From contig OZ076409.1 in NCBI GenBank assembly GCA_964187785.1, positions 92,754,001 through 92,818,000 of the forward strand: a DNA stretch of 64,000 nt, in the 5' to 3' direction. This DNA is from Amphiscolops sp. MND2022. Taxonomy: Eukaryota. Below, in pieces: positions 1-11,151 of the stretch; within the stretch, counting starts at the first letter, position 1; the number at the start of each line of letters is the position of its first letter. A program made the position numbers and the translations under genes. The notes under the pieces are model-generated. The model made no database searches. It was not told the origin of the DNA and worked only from the letters and a program-made list of their open reading frames with translations.

Positions 1-1200
1 CTATCTAAGTAACAGAACGCAAATATTAACTGTATGCAGAGTGCAATCCAAGAACCATGTGAACTGGTCCAATAAGCAGATGACATTTTTCTGTTTGTCT
101 CCAATGAATGTCTCAATACTGCCATAAGTCAACTTGAAACTAATGCTGCCAAGTATTTGACTATTTTGAAAGGCATCAATTAAACCTCAATGAGAGTAAA
201 ACTGAATTGATTGTTTTCTGTAAAAGATCTAAAAACAATTCTACAAAAAACCAAAGATTTCGTGTTAGAAATCATGTGACAAAACATTCTTCGTTTGTGA
301 AATATCTTGGAATATACTTAGATCAATATTTGACATATGAGTATGAAGTGAAAAAATTTTTGAAGAAAATGGCATGTGGTATCAAAACTTTATACTCAGT
401 GAAATCGTTTGTACCAGATAAAACATGTCTAATGCTACTCAACTCTCTTGTTCTTAGCCATATACATTATCCAGCAATAAGTATGATTCCTCTAGTGATT
501 TAAAAATAAAGTACAATAGTTTTCCGATCAGATTTCTTCTAGATCTAAAAGCAGTCACCTGCTTTCACTTCTGGAAATATCAGAATAACCTACTACCTGC
601 TTTTAAGAGCTCAAATAAAATAACAACTGCTCTTATAAAAACGCAGTCACGGACAAAGGATATTAGTTGCGGTTGTCAAGCAAAGAGTGCTTTCATGAAA
701 AATAGTTTCTTCATGAGAATTATACTTTTGTGGAACAGCCGACCACTAATGTTATTCAAGAAAAAATACTCTATCGAAACTATGAAAATTAAACTGAAAC
801 AATACTTTATTGGTAAAATAGCCCATGAAATAGAGCATCCAGAATATAGGAAGAAGTGTTGGAGAGATTACCGGTTTTAATGTTACATAAACTTATTAAT
901 ATTTACTTTCAATTTAACATTAACTTGTTTTTAGTCTTGTACACTGCCTTGAATAATTCAACGATTGCGTTTCATTTGAAACGGAAATTCAGTGTTTTTT
1001 GAAGCAACAATACTATATATATTTAGATCCAACAAGAATATTTTGAGTTGAAGCAGTGGATTCGAGTTTTGGAGAACTCTTACCACCATGTCATATGGTC
1101 GGCTCAAGTGGTCAAGAGTTGACGTTTTCTAATTTTTCTGTTTTGTTATCATGTTTGCAGCATGAACTTAAAGCTTGTCAATAAAATAGCGACTTGACTG
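1..1200 (+). pseudogene. 3' part of a decayed non-LTR retrotransposon (LINE, CR1/L2/Jockey-like) ORF2 reverse transcriptase plus 3' UTR
   Basis: Frame from 61 reads ELVQ*ADDIFLF (YADD motif broken by TAA); downstream LNLNESKTELIVF and KYLGIYLD (LINE RT domains 6-7); stops and frameshifts; AATAAA and GACTTGACT tail-like sequence near 1180-1200. Confidence 0.8.
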
Positions 1201-1807
1201 TTTGCAAAATTTTCGAAATATCATGATTTCAAGCCATGGTACAAAAATTTTAAAGTTCGAAAGTTAACTGAATCAACATTCCATTTGAAAAAGGAGAACA
1301 TAATGGTAAGTGCTTTTCACTCGGTGGTTTATAAGCATCCTGAGAAGTTTTAAAACCTAGGAAAATTTCGTGAAAAGACGTTTTTTGCTAATTGTCAGAA
1401 ATTGCAATTTGACAATGGAAAAAGATTTTCAGTTAGTTTGAAGCAGTAGTTTTGCATTATTTTCATCGAAAATTAGCCACTATATCCATAGAGACTGAAT
1501 TAATAGGTGGCCCATCTCTGTTAGAACAATGCAAGTTTCATTAAAAAGAATTGGTTTTTACGGAAACAAGATTGAGAAACGAAGCCTTAAACTTTCTAAA
1601 ACTTGATTTGGTAGCTTAGGCTTAGGTGGCTACAAAACCCGCCGATACTCTGCCAAAAACCTGCATCTGAGATCCTGAAAATATTGCAAGATGTCAAAAG
1701 CTGGCGTTTCTCTTTTTAAATTTTGATATTTTTTCGAAGTTTTCGATTTTTGTAAAGATCAGCTGGGACGTTTGGAAACAAAAAAAACGGATAATTCCTG
1801 TCTGAAG

Positions 1808-2086
1808 GATTGGTCGCCAATGTTCTGGCAATTATAATAGCCAGAAACCTATCCAAAACAAACAAGCTTAGTGTTGCGTCTTCAATGCACCTCCAAGCCA
1901 TTTGTTTTTGGAGTTTTTGGTCGATTTTCATGGACGGGTTCCTAGACAACATGTTTGCCGACATGTTCTTCGACTTGGGCGCATACAATGACATGGCGTG
2001 TGGCATTTCGACATATCTGGATTGGGCCACAAGCAGGGCTGCTATTCTTGCTGTGGCGATATCCGCATGTGACAGAGCGTTTTCTG
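1808..2086 (+). CDS. Host class A (rhodopsin-like) GPCR exon, TM1-TM3
   Basis: AG|GA at 1807/1808 and G|GTTTGT at 2086/2087; translates GLVANVLAIII (TM1 Asn) ... ACGISTYLDWATSRAAILAVAISACDRAFS (TM3 Cys and DR motif). Confidence 0.75.
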
Positions 2087-2280
2087 GTTTGTTCATTTTT
2101 CATTTTTATCTGCATTTTGTCTTGTTTTTCTACTTACTTATGTTGCGTAACAAATAAAGGCTTGTTTGCAAATATTGTTTTGGCAAACCGTCAAAATGAT
2201 GAAATGTCCTTTTTGCAAACATTATTAAGAACTCCTTTGTTATTGATCTTTAGCCTGTTGATGCTGCCATAATGGTGCCT

Positions 2281-2638
2281 GTTGGTGAACCAAAAAAACG
2301 GAACGCATGAAAATTTTTGAGCTCTCAGAGTTCCAAATTTTTATCAACAAATGTTTCAAAACAACTCTGAACATCACAATTCAGCTTGTCAGTCATTCAA
2401 TTTGACAGCTATTGTTCCAAGCCAAGAAACTTTAACACATCAAAAAGTGTGAACGAAATGACGGGTAAAGACGTCTAGACTTTTTCTGAAGGTTCGGATC
2501 ATTCTTCGTTGAAACTTTGATTGCGCAATGAGAGGATGATTAACAGAGAAAGTGAAAATTTTTAAGTACCTTATTTACAATTATTACGTTTTTGAGGAGT
2601 GAAATATTTTTGTGCGTTCCGTTTTTTGGTTCACCTAG
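2281..2638. mobile_element. MITE family A copy 1 (TIR CTAGGTGAACCAAAAAAACGGAAC, TA-flanked, Tc1/mariner-like)
   Basis: Terminal inverted repeats at both ends (left one degenerate), TA at 2639-2640, internal similarity to copies at 8580-8923, 10806-11151 and 21264-22266. Confidence 0.8.
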
Positions 2639-2645
2639 TACTAGG

Positions 2646-2879
2646 TGTTATATTCTGGTAATCTAAGTTTAAGAGAAAAGAATATTGTAAAATAAAGATC
2701 TCTAGTTCAAATCTATATCTCAGCTTTTCAATTTGTATAAATGTATCTAATGTAATTTAACGTTAGATTGAGTTTGTTTGTAAACAACTCCAGCTGGTAT
2801 GTAGACACTAGACAGTTTTCATGTAAGTGAACCGAATCTCGGTAGAGGTCGTAGGAACCGGATTGAACCGTATATAACA
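2646..2879 (-). repeat. 3' LTR of the 5.9-kb Gypsy element
   Basis: TGTTATA...TATAACA; identical by eye to 8346-8579; minus-strand PPT AGAGGGGGAAA adjacent at 2880-2890. Confidence 0.97.
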
Positions 2880-3050
2880 TTTCCCCCTCTATTCTTTTCT
2901 CGTGTAGTTTTTCTACATCTGATCTGAGGGGCCTGGTTTTGATTCTTCCTCGGGTAGGAAGTCTGCTGGTTTCTGGATCGTCTCCGGTTTTGGCGTATCT
3001 TTGTGTCGATTCCACATTGTACCTGTAATATATACATTGTGTTTAGACCT

Positions 3051-6000
3051 TTAATTTTTCCATCCCCAGAAGTTTCCCGTATAGGGTATGCTACCGTATC
3101 TATTCGGTTTTTTACTATTTCGGTTAGAGCGTCTTATTTGTGATTCTGAATTCTCACCCGGCATTTCGCTGTCGGTGTGTAGTTGTAGTGTGTCTTCCTC
3201 CGGGTTAGTCCGTATTGGCATGTATCTCCCGTCTTTTTCGGATGTGTCATATGCTATCGGTGTTCCGATTTCTTCCGGCGTTTCTTCATCGTCTTCATCT
3301 TCGTCGTCATCGTCAGTTTCGCTTTCTGCCCGCTTTCTATTTTGGACGATTTTCAATTTACCGTTCAGGATGTCCCGAAGGATTTCATCCCAACGGCCAT
3401 ATTTCCCGTCCAGTCCGCGTAGGCAGTGTCGGTTTTTGGGGTTGATTTCGCCGGTTGTGTTTGTCACCGGTTCTTTTCTGTTTTTCCTCTCGGTCTGAAA
3501 CAGTGGTTCCGAAATAAATTTTCGGTTAATTATTTTCCCGGAGTCTGTTTTTATAGTACTTTCGGTTCCGCTTATAGCGGTTTGTATTTTCTTTTGAAAT
3601 TTTCCTTCTAATGATTTTTGTTATGATTCTTTTCAACAAAGTAAAAGGGGTATCTAACCGAATTTTTCTTCTTCGGTGATTTCGGTCATTCGGCGAGGTG
3701 TTTCTCCTCTGTTTTGGTTCGCGCCATAACTATGTGGTTTGTGATGTCCCCGTCCGCATCACGGCCAACATATATGGGAATCTTTGGTTTGTTCGGTGCT
3801 GAAACAGTCAGTTCTGACCAATTAGATAGGTATGATTTTCCGTCTTTAACGATATTCGTTAATTCGGTTCTCGGTTTTCTACCGTGGTGTAGTTCAAATG
3901 GCGTTAACTTTAATCCGGTGTGTATTGTAAATCGCATTACATGTAATGCTCTGTTTACAATTTCGGTTAGGCTTATGCCGTCTTCCAAATTTGCTATTAT
4001 TAAGTTTTTCAATGTTTGTATTGCTCTTTCTACTACTCCGTTTCCCGTATGTACTCGGGGGGTACAATATTCAATTTCAATATTTCGGTTCTTGCAAAAT
4101 TCTCGGTATTCTTTCGAAACGAACGCTCCTCCTTTATCGGATTTGATCTTTTCCGGTATTCCGTATAAGTTAAAATTACTCGATAGAAAATTTGTGACTT
4201 CTTTGGTCTCCGCCGTTTTACATATTTTTACGGTCGGCCATTTACTGAATCTATCTACCGCTATTAGTATTTGTACTTCTCCGTGTATGTTTTTGTTATG
4301 TAATTTTCCGGTAAAATCGATTTGTAATTCTTGGCCGGGTTCAGTTAGTTTTTCTAATTTTCCGTAATGCTTTTTCGGTAATTGATATTTAAGGTTTTTA
4401 CCTGATGCAAAGCAGGCTGTACAGTCCTTTACTTTGTTCTCGATATCCTGTTTCATTCCGGGCCACCAGAATATGCGTGCTTCTGACATCATTTTTGTTA
4501 TACCGGAGTGACCGAAATGAAGGATGTCCAGGAGTCTTCGTCTCAAGTCGATGGGTATCACAATTTGGTCATCGACGAAGATCAATCCCCATCTGATTGA
4601 TAGTTTGTCAAATGCATTTCGGTAGCCATCCGGAATTGTCTCTCGATCTTCTCTCCGCATGCTAGTTCTGACGCGGGTTAGTTCCGGGTCGATTGCGGTT
4701 TTTGCGATAAGTGTTTTTAAGTCCATCATGAACTCAAATTCTGCTTTTTTAATATGTTCTTCGGTGATCTTCTTGTTGCTTGTTAATTTTCCCACGATGT
4801 GGTTTATCTGTATGTAATGCGCCTGCTTTCCTTCGGTATTGTATCTGCTGAGATCTACTATTGGTAGATTGTCGCCCCGCATTATGACGCTGTCTTCTTC
4901 CGTCTCGGCATTTTCGATTTCCAGTTCACCTTCTTCCCGTATTTCTTCCGGTTCTTCTTCTTCTTCGGCTATTGGTCGGTATCCACCGCCCAATCGATTG
5001 GCTCTCCTCATGATCTCTGCGTCTATCTCGGCAATTTCCTCTCGGCTTCTTTTGTTGGGTCTCGTTGGAGCGAATACCGTTCTTTGGGTGTAGTGATCGT
5101 ACCGACGTCGTAATGTTCCCGGTCGGGATAATCCATTTCGTTGCTCTACTAGTCGGCGTGTCTCTGGGCTATTGTTCCGTCTGCGAATAATCTCCATAAT
5201 TTCGCGTGTGGCGCCCCAGTGGTAAAAGTTTTCGCGATCCATTTCGGTAATTTCCGTATTTGAATTTTGAACTTTTGTAATTCGATTTGAATTTTGACTC
5301 TCTTTCTTTGAGTAACTTGGCTCTAGCGCGCTAATTTCGGACTGCCCGGATGTAGTTTTTAAGTTTCGTTTATTTTTGTTCACGCTGTGTTTGTTCTCGA
5401 ATGTTCTATTCGTGTGTGATTGGCTACCGCCTTTCTCAATTTGTTCTTCGGCTATATCATTCTTTATTTCGGTTTTCGCTTTCTTGCATTCTGATTGGTC
5501 AGCGAATATTGGTCCGTATTTTATATTCAATTTTGCTTGTTCGGTAAGTATGTTGATGACGTATTCTTCGTCGTAGATTTCTTCCGGTGTGGCTCCCCCT
5601 ACCGGATTTCTACTAAGGTAGTCGGTGAATTTCAGGTTACTACCTGCGAGATGCGGTATTGATATATCGAAATGGGTTAGGCGGTCTAACCATCTTGTTA
5701 ATCGCGCGCTATATTGTCTGTTGCTCCGGTTTCTCTTGATTAATGGCTCTAGTGCTTGATGATCGGTATAAAGGTACACCTTCTTCCCGTATAAATAAAA
5801 TCGGAATTTTTCGAGTCCCCACACTACTGCTAGTAATTCTAATTCACCGATAGAATATTTCTTTTCGGTATCGTTCAAGTATCTGCTTCCGAATGCTATC
5901 GGTTTCGTGTTTCCGTCATCTTGTTTCTGCCATAGTGTTATCCCCAGTCCGGTGGTGCTGGCATCCGTTGTTACTATATTATCTTTGTCTTTTGCGTAGT

Positions 6001-7073
6001 GTGCCAAACATGGGCCTTCGGTTAGCATTTGTTTTATTTTTTTTGAAATCTTTTTGTTGTTCATCTCCCCATATCCATGGCTCATTCTTTTTCAGTAGTT
6101 TTCGTAATCGGTCGGTTTGTTCCGAAAGTTTTGGTAAGAATTTTGCCATGTATTGTATCGCCCCGAGAAATGATTTCAGTTCTTTTGTGTTCTCCGGTGA
6201 TTTTAATTTCTGTATGGCTTCTATTTTTTCTTCGTTCGGTTTAATTCCGTTTTCGTCAATTTCGTGTCCCAGCCACTTTATTCGGTTCATGAAGAATTCT
6301 GATTTCTTTTTGCTTGCTCGGTAGCCGGCTTTTTCCAGTTTAGTCAATACGTCAAATAGTTTCTTCTCGTGGTCTTGTTTGTTTCCCCGTGTTACTACAA
6401 TTATATCGTCCAGCCACGCCGGTGTGCAATATTCGAGTGTTCGGCCGATCTTTTCTTGGAATATCGTGGGTATGTCGGCAAGTCCGTAAAACCCTTTTTT
6501 GAATCGGTAATATCCGCTGAATTTTCCTCCGGTTAAGGCAAATACACATTGTCGGCTTGTTTCTTCGGATAGTTTCATTTGTCCGTACGCATAGTCTAGA
6601 TCAATTTTTGATATAAATAATTGTAGTGTTCGGTCGCGTGAAATTTCTACCGAAATCTGGTTTAGTAGTTCCTCCATATTCGGCATATGAGGTCTCATTT
6701 TTATGCAGCTATCGTTCAGTTTTCTTGAGTCTAGTGCTATCTTCACTGATTTGTCACTTTTTACGGTTATGACTACCGGAGATACAAAGCAATCTTCGTC
6801 TACGTCCTTTATCTTTTCTAGGTGTCCGGATTTTATTAGTTTTTCTGATTCACGTCCGACATCTTCCTGGAGATGTAGTGGTATCGGTCTTGCTTTTTGT
6901 TTTACCGGATAGTGCCCTGGTTTTAATTGGATATTTATTTCGGTGTCTTTTATAGTTTCATTGTTTTCAAATAGGTCCGGAAATTTGTTGAATATTTTCT
7001 CGCGTTCTGATTGGTTGTTGTCGGCCAATTGTATTTTGCTGATCGTTAGTTTGAATTTCATTTCTTCATCCAA
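3051..7073 (-). pseudogene. pol: Pol: RT, RNase H, integrase (frameshifts near 7060 and 6040, stop at 3686)
   Basis: RT WLDDII, SFLGAIQY; RNase H TDASTTGLG, ELELLAV, TDHQAL, DYLSR; integrase HFGHSG...CTAC, IDFTG, SDKG, NGVVER. Confidence 0.93.
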
Positions 7074-8291
7074 TCCATTCCGAGTAATGGTGTTATGTCT
7101 GTTCTTTCGGTTATCAAAATCTCCATTTTCTGTTTGTTGTTTTCGTATTCAACATTTACCGGAATTTTTCCCCGGAACTTTACTTCGTTTTTATTCACGT
7201 CTTGGTATCGGTTTGTTATTTTCTGTATTTCGGTTGATTTTGTAATTCTTTCGTCCGGTGGCATTAATGATATTGGTGATCCGGTGTCTATTATAAATTC
7301 TTTTGTTATTCCATTGATTTTGAGCGTTGTGGTGAAGTGTTTATTTGTTTCGTCGATTTTCTTTATCTCTTTTATGTGGTGAATGCTCTTTTCGGATTCA
7401 CTTGATAATCTGTCTGATTCGTTCGGTTCGTCTTCGGTTAGTCTTTTCACAGTTCGGTTGCTGTTTGTCTTCTGTGTGCATGCTTTCGCATAATGTCCTT
7501 TCTTGCCGCATTTGTTACAGTTAACGTCTAGTGCGGGACATTTGTGCATCGGTGTCCAGTTTGGTGCGTTGCAGAATCTGCATGTTCGGTTTCCGAAATT
7601 TTTTATTTTTCGGTCGCACACCGAATCGTTCCATTCTTTGTATCGGTTCTTCCTTTATTATTTGTTTTTCTTTTGTTGATATCAAAGCTTCCGGTATTGT
7701 GTTCTTTTTATTTTTCTTCTCGTATGTGTTTTGTTTGATCAGTTCGATTACTTTCTTCAGTTCCAATGTTTTCTCTTTCATTATTTTATCCCGTAATTTT
7801 TTATCGGTGATTGCGGTCATGTATTTTGATATCAACAATTCTTCTGCCGAGATGGTATTGAAGTTACATTCTTTTTCAATTTCGATCAGTCGTCTCCAGA
7901 ATTCCTCGGGTGTTTCCTCTTCTGTCTGTTTTGCCCAGAAGAAGTCTCCGCGGTTATGGTACGTATTTCTTTTCGGCATGTAAAATTCGGTGAACAACCG
8001 GATTGAGTCTTTCACTTTTATACTGTCGGGTTCCGTTTTATATTCGGCCCTAGTTATTTGGTAGAGTGCTTCCGGTCCCACTCCCCACAGAAAATCTTCT
8101 TGGATTGGTTGTTCTTTTGCGGTCCACCCGGTGTCTGTTATATCTTCTCCTTTCAGTAGCGGTGCGATGTCTATTTTGTGTTCCCGTTTGCAAAACTGCC
8201 GGAACCTCTCTAGCCATTGTCTCGGTGTGAATACCGGATTCCCGTCTGTGGCTTTCGCTTCGAGGTTCGGGACTATGTTCTTCTCCGCCAT
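7058..8291 (-). pseudogene. gag: Gag, zinc knuckles and aspartic protease (frameshift near 7600)
   Basis: Gag ORF 7521-8291; next frame has CRFCNAPNWTPMHKC, CNKCGKKGHYAKAC and IDTGSPISL. Confidence 0.9.
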
Positions 8292-8329
8292 TCTGTGTTA
8301 AGAAGTTTTTTGTTCAATTGTTTTAAAAA

Positions 8330-8345
8330 TTGGCTGACTGCGCCA
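8330..8345 (-). promoter_or_regulatory. Primer-binding site, tRNA-Ser-like
   Basis: Minus strand TGGCGCAGTC directly after the 5' LTR; complementary to the GACTGCG-CCA 3' end typical of tRNA-Ser. Confidence 0.7.
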
Positions 8346-8579
8346 TGTTATATTCTGGTAATCTAAGTTTAAGAGAAAAGAATATTGTAAAATAAAGATC
8401 TCTAGTTCAAATCTATATCTCAGCTTTTCAATTTGTATAAATGTATCTAATGTAATTTAACGTTAGATTGAGTTTGTTTGTAAACAACTCCAGCTGGTAT
8501 GTAGACACTAGACAGTTTTCATGTAAGTGAACCGAATCTCGGTAGAGGTCGTAGGAACCGGATTGAACCGTATATAACA
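8346..8579 (-). repeat. 5' LTR of the 5.9-kb Gypsy element
   Basis: Direct repeat of 2646-2879, followed on the minus strand by the PBS. Confidence 0.97.
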
Positions 8580-8923
8580 CTAGGTGAACCAAAAAAACGG
8601 AACGCCCAAAGATTTGCGTATTCAAAATCGTATTATTTGTAAACAAGAGACTGAAAATCTCAACTTTTCTGTCAGTCATTTAGAATGAAGCTCCTGTTAC
8701 GTAATCGCATCTTCAACTAAGGTTGATTCGAACAATGAGAAAAAGTGTAGACGTCTTCACCAGTCATTTTGATCACACTTTTAATGCGTGAACTTTTTTG
8801 GCTTTGACAAGCTGTCAACTTGAATGATTGACAGCAAGATGTTGTGAAACTTTTGTTGACAAATATTTGAAACTTTGAGAGATCAAAAATTTTTGTAAGT
8901 TCCGTTTTTTTTAGTTCACCTAG
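8580..8923. mobile_element. MITE family A copy 2, inverted relative to copy 1, TIR split by the Gypsy insertion
   Basis: CTAGGTGAACCAAAAAAACGGAAC ... GTTCCGTTTTTTTTAGTTCACCTAG-TA. Confidence 0.8.
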
Positions 8924-9375
8924 TATTAGACTTTGTTTTTGGGCAGTCAATACGATATTCAAAAAAGTTAGAACGACATTGTTGGCTGTAGTTATTCGAA
9001 AACGACAGTTTTACACTATAAGAAGGGAATATCTTTTTAAGAAGTTGTGGACAGGTTTATTCAGAAGCAGCGATTTCACCTGAACATCTCTGCACTTTTT
9101 TCGCAATTACTTGGTTCCTATGGCTGGCGTCTATAGAGCCTTTCTGTTCGAAGATTCACTTTTCAAAATTGCTACCTATTATAACGATTTTTTTCATCAG
9201 TAGGAAAAAATTGTAGAAACTTAATTAGCTTCAAATTTTGGACATTAATGATTATGACAAATCACACGAACCTTGAAAAATATCTAAAAATGCTTCCTTG
9301 TCGCGCTACATTTTTGAAAAAGATTAAAAATGGACACTTTAAAATGTCTGTGCTTATTATTTTTCTATGTTTCAG

Positions 9376-9465
9376 TGACATTTCCGTTCATTCACCGACA
9401 GAAATCTCGAAACAGGAAGTTTACCTCCAAAGTCTGTATAGCTTATGCGCTCTTCGTATGGACCA
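9376..9465 (+). CDS. GPCR exon, ICL2 and TM4 start
   Basis: tttcag|TG ... A|GTAAGT; phase-compatible with the previous exon, giving DRAFS-VTFPFIHRQKSRNRKFTSKVCIAYALFVWT. Confidence 0.7.
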
Positions 9466-9847
9466 GTAAGTTGCTTTCATTTTGATTAAATTTATAACTT
9501 AAACGTTCACCTGTCTTTTAGAAGCTTGGGCGAAACATTCTGAGTACATGCTGAGTTTCTAAAAAAGTGATTTTTCAAATTCTCTAAATTTATCTTTCAT
9601 CCGTAAGTTATTTTGCGGCATTAAAGTCTCTCAAGTAATCAGAAGACGATTTTGTCGTCCAGTGAGTAAATAAAATGACTGTATTCCATCTTTTTTGCAA
9701 GGTATTAACAACCAAACGACTTCATGTGTCATTCATATTTTGATTTCTAGAAAATTTCTTTCAGTTTCAACCCATCAGGCCTCGAAGTTTGAAAACAATC
9801 AAGTTGTAGTGTTTCTTTGGATTGTCTTAATTCCAATTTTGTTTCAG

Positions 9848-9879
9848 CGAACTTCCCGATCGCATTTTTGATGGAAAAG
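9848..9879 (+). CDS. GPCR micro-exon (32 bp), TM4 end
   Basis: tttcag|CG ... AAG|GTTTGT; phase 1 to 0; gives TNFPIAFLMEK with the TM4 proline. Confidence 0.6.
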
Positions 9880-10110
9880 GTTTGTTCATCTTGCACTGAA
9901 TCAAACAAAATGCGTCAACCTGAAAAGATACACTCTAGAATTGCTCAGATTGCTCAATAACTGTAGAATAATTAACTGAAAATCGAGCAAAATGCCAAAT
10001 ATAGTATCAAAATCAATATTGGTGAGAAGTTTTTTTGAAAAAATGATTAGGCATGAGTAGATTCATTATGTAGAACGATGCTTCAGACAGTAACCGCAAT
10101 ATTGTTTCAG

Positions 10111-10191
10111 GATGGTAGCAATGATGGCTGCGCTTGGGTTAGTGTTGATGCCAATATCACTATTATCTCAAATATTTGTGTTCCATTTCTT
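10111..10191 (+). CDS. GPCR exon, ECL2
   Basis: tttcag| ... |GTGAGT; phase 0-0; DGSNDGCAWVSVDANITIISNICVPFL supplies the ECL2 cysteine(s). Confidence 0.6.
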
Positions 10192-10515
10192 GTGAGTATC
10201 TAATCCTCATGAACGATTCTATAAATTTAAAGTTTGCAAGTGACAAAAACGAAGCAGTTCATAAAATAAGATTGCTGGAAAAACTTCCAAGTCTAGACGT
10301 ACCGACCGAAAGAGCAGCAGCGCTGAGCAGTACAACATCAAAGTTTTGATACTCAATGGAATATTTTCATCACTCAAAATATGGGAGGTTTTCAGGGAGG
10401 TCATAAAAGCGAAAAAAGCAGAATTTTTCTGAAGTTAAGGTTTTTATAGAAGCTAAGCTGTATTTAACTACTTGGTGTTCCGAGCTAATAAAGAATTTTA
10501 AATCAATAATAGGAT

Positions 10516-10755
10516 CCCGGGTTTACCGACCAGGCCGATCATAATCTGACCATATTATGGCACCATACAAATCATACAAATTTCCTTACTATGATCTATC
10601 TTGCCATGATTGGCCTGGAATTATATATGGTCCAGAGTAAGATCAGCCTGGAACCATAAACCTTTATGGTCCAGAATATGATCAGTCTGCAATCATACTG
10701 TGAGTATGATGGCATAGTATGATTAACTTGTTTTTGTATGGGAGGGAAACCCGGG
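10516..10755. mobile_element. Non-autonomous CMC/EnSpm(CACTA)-like element, short copy
   Basis: CCCGGGTTT...AAACCCGGG termini, 2-bp TSD AT, subterminal ATGATCAGCCTGG-type repeats. Confidence 0.75.
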
Positions 10756-10805
10756 ATGATAAAAATCTTATCCTACATCTTAATTACTCTTCTTTTTACC
10801 ATTTA

Positions 10806-11151
10806 CTATGTGAATCAAAAATAATGGAAAGAATGGAAGTTTTTAGCTCTCAAAGTTTCAAATACTTGTCAGCAAATGTTTCACGACAAATTTGAACGCT
10901 GCTGTCAATCATTCCAATTCGCGTCTTCCTTTTAGGCAAAAGAATTTTTAAACATACATCAAAAGCGAGAACGACGATGACTAGTATAGAGGTCTAGACT
11001 TTCTCTGATGGTAAGAGCCATCCATAGTTGAGATTATGTAACAAAAACTTTATTCTATTGATTGACAGAAAATTTGAAAGGGTCAGGTTTACAAATGTTA
11101 GGACTTCGAAGACACAATTTTTTGTGAATTTCCTTTTTTTGGTTCACCTAG
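10806..11151. mobile_element. MITE family A copy 3 (diverged)
   Basis: TA-CTATGTGAATCAAAA ... TTTTGGTTCACCTAG-TA, internal similarity to copy 1. Confidence 0.65.

Larger units (their letters stand above)
2646..8579 (-). mobile_element. Full-length Ty3/Gypsy LTR retrotransposon (Mag-like), 5934 bp
   Basis: Identical 234-bp TG...CA LTRs, 5-bp TSD CTAGG (2641-2645 and 8580-8584), PBS, PPT, gag-PR-RT-RH-IN order. Confidence 0.97.

Noticed and set aside
1716..2096. 126-aa minus-strand ORF
   Set aside because: Antisense shadow of the GPCR exon on the plus strand; no motifs
3088..7983. Several plus-strand ORFs (e.g. 3714-4367, 217 aa) inside the small Gypsy element
   Set aside because: Antisense shadows of gag-pol with no recognisable domains
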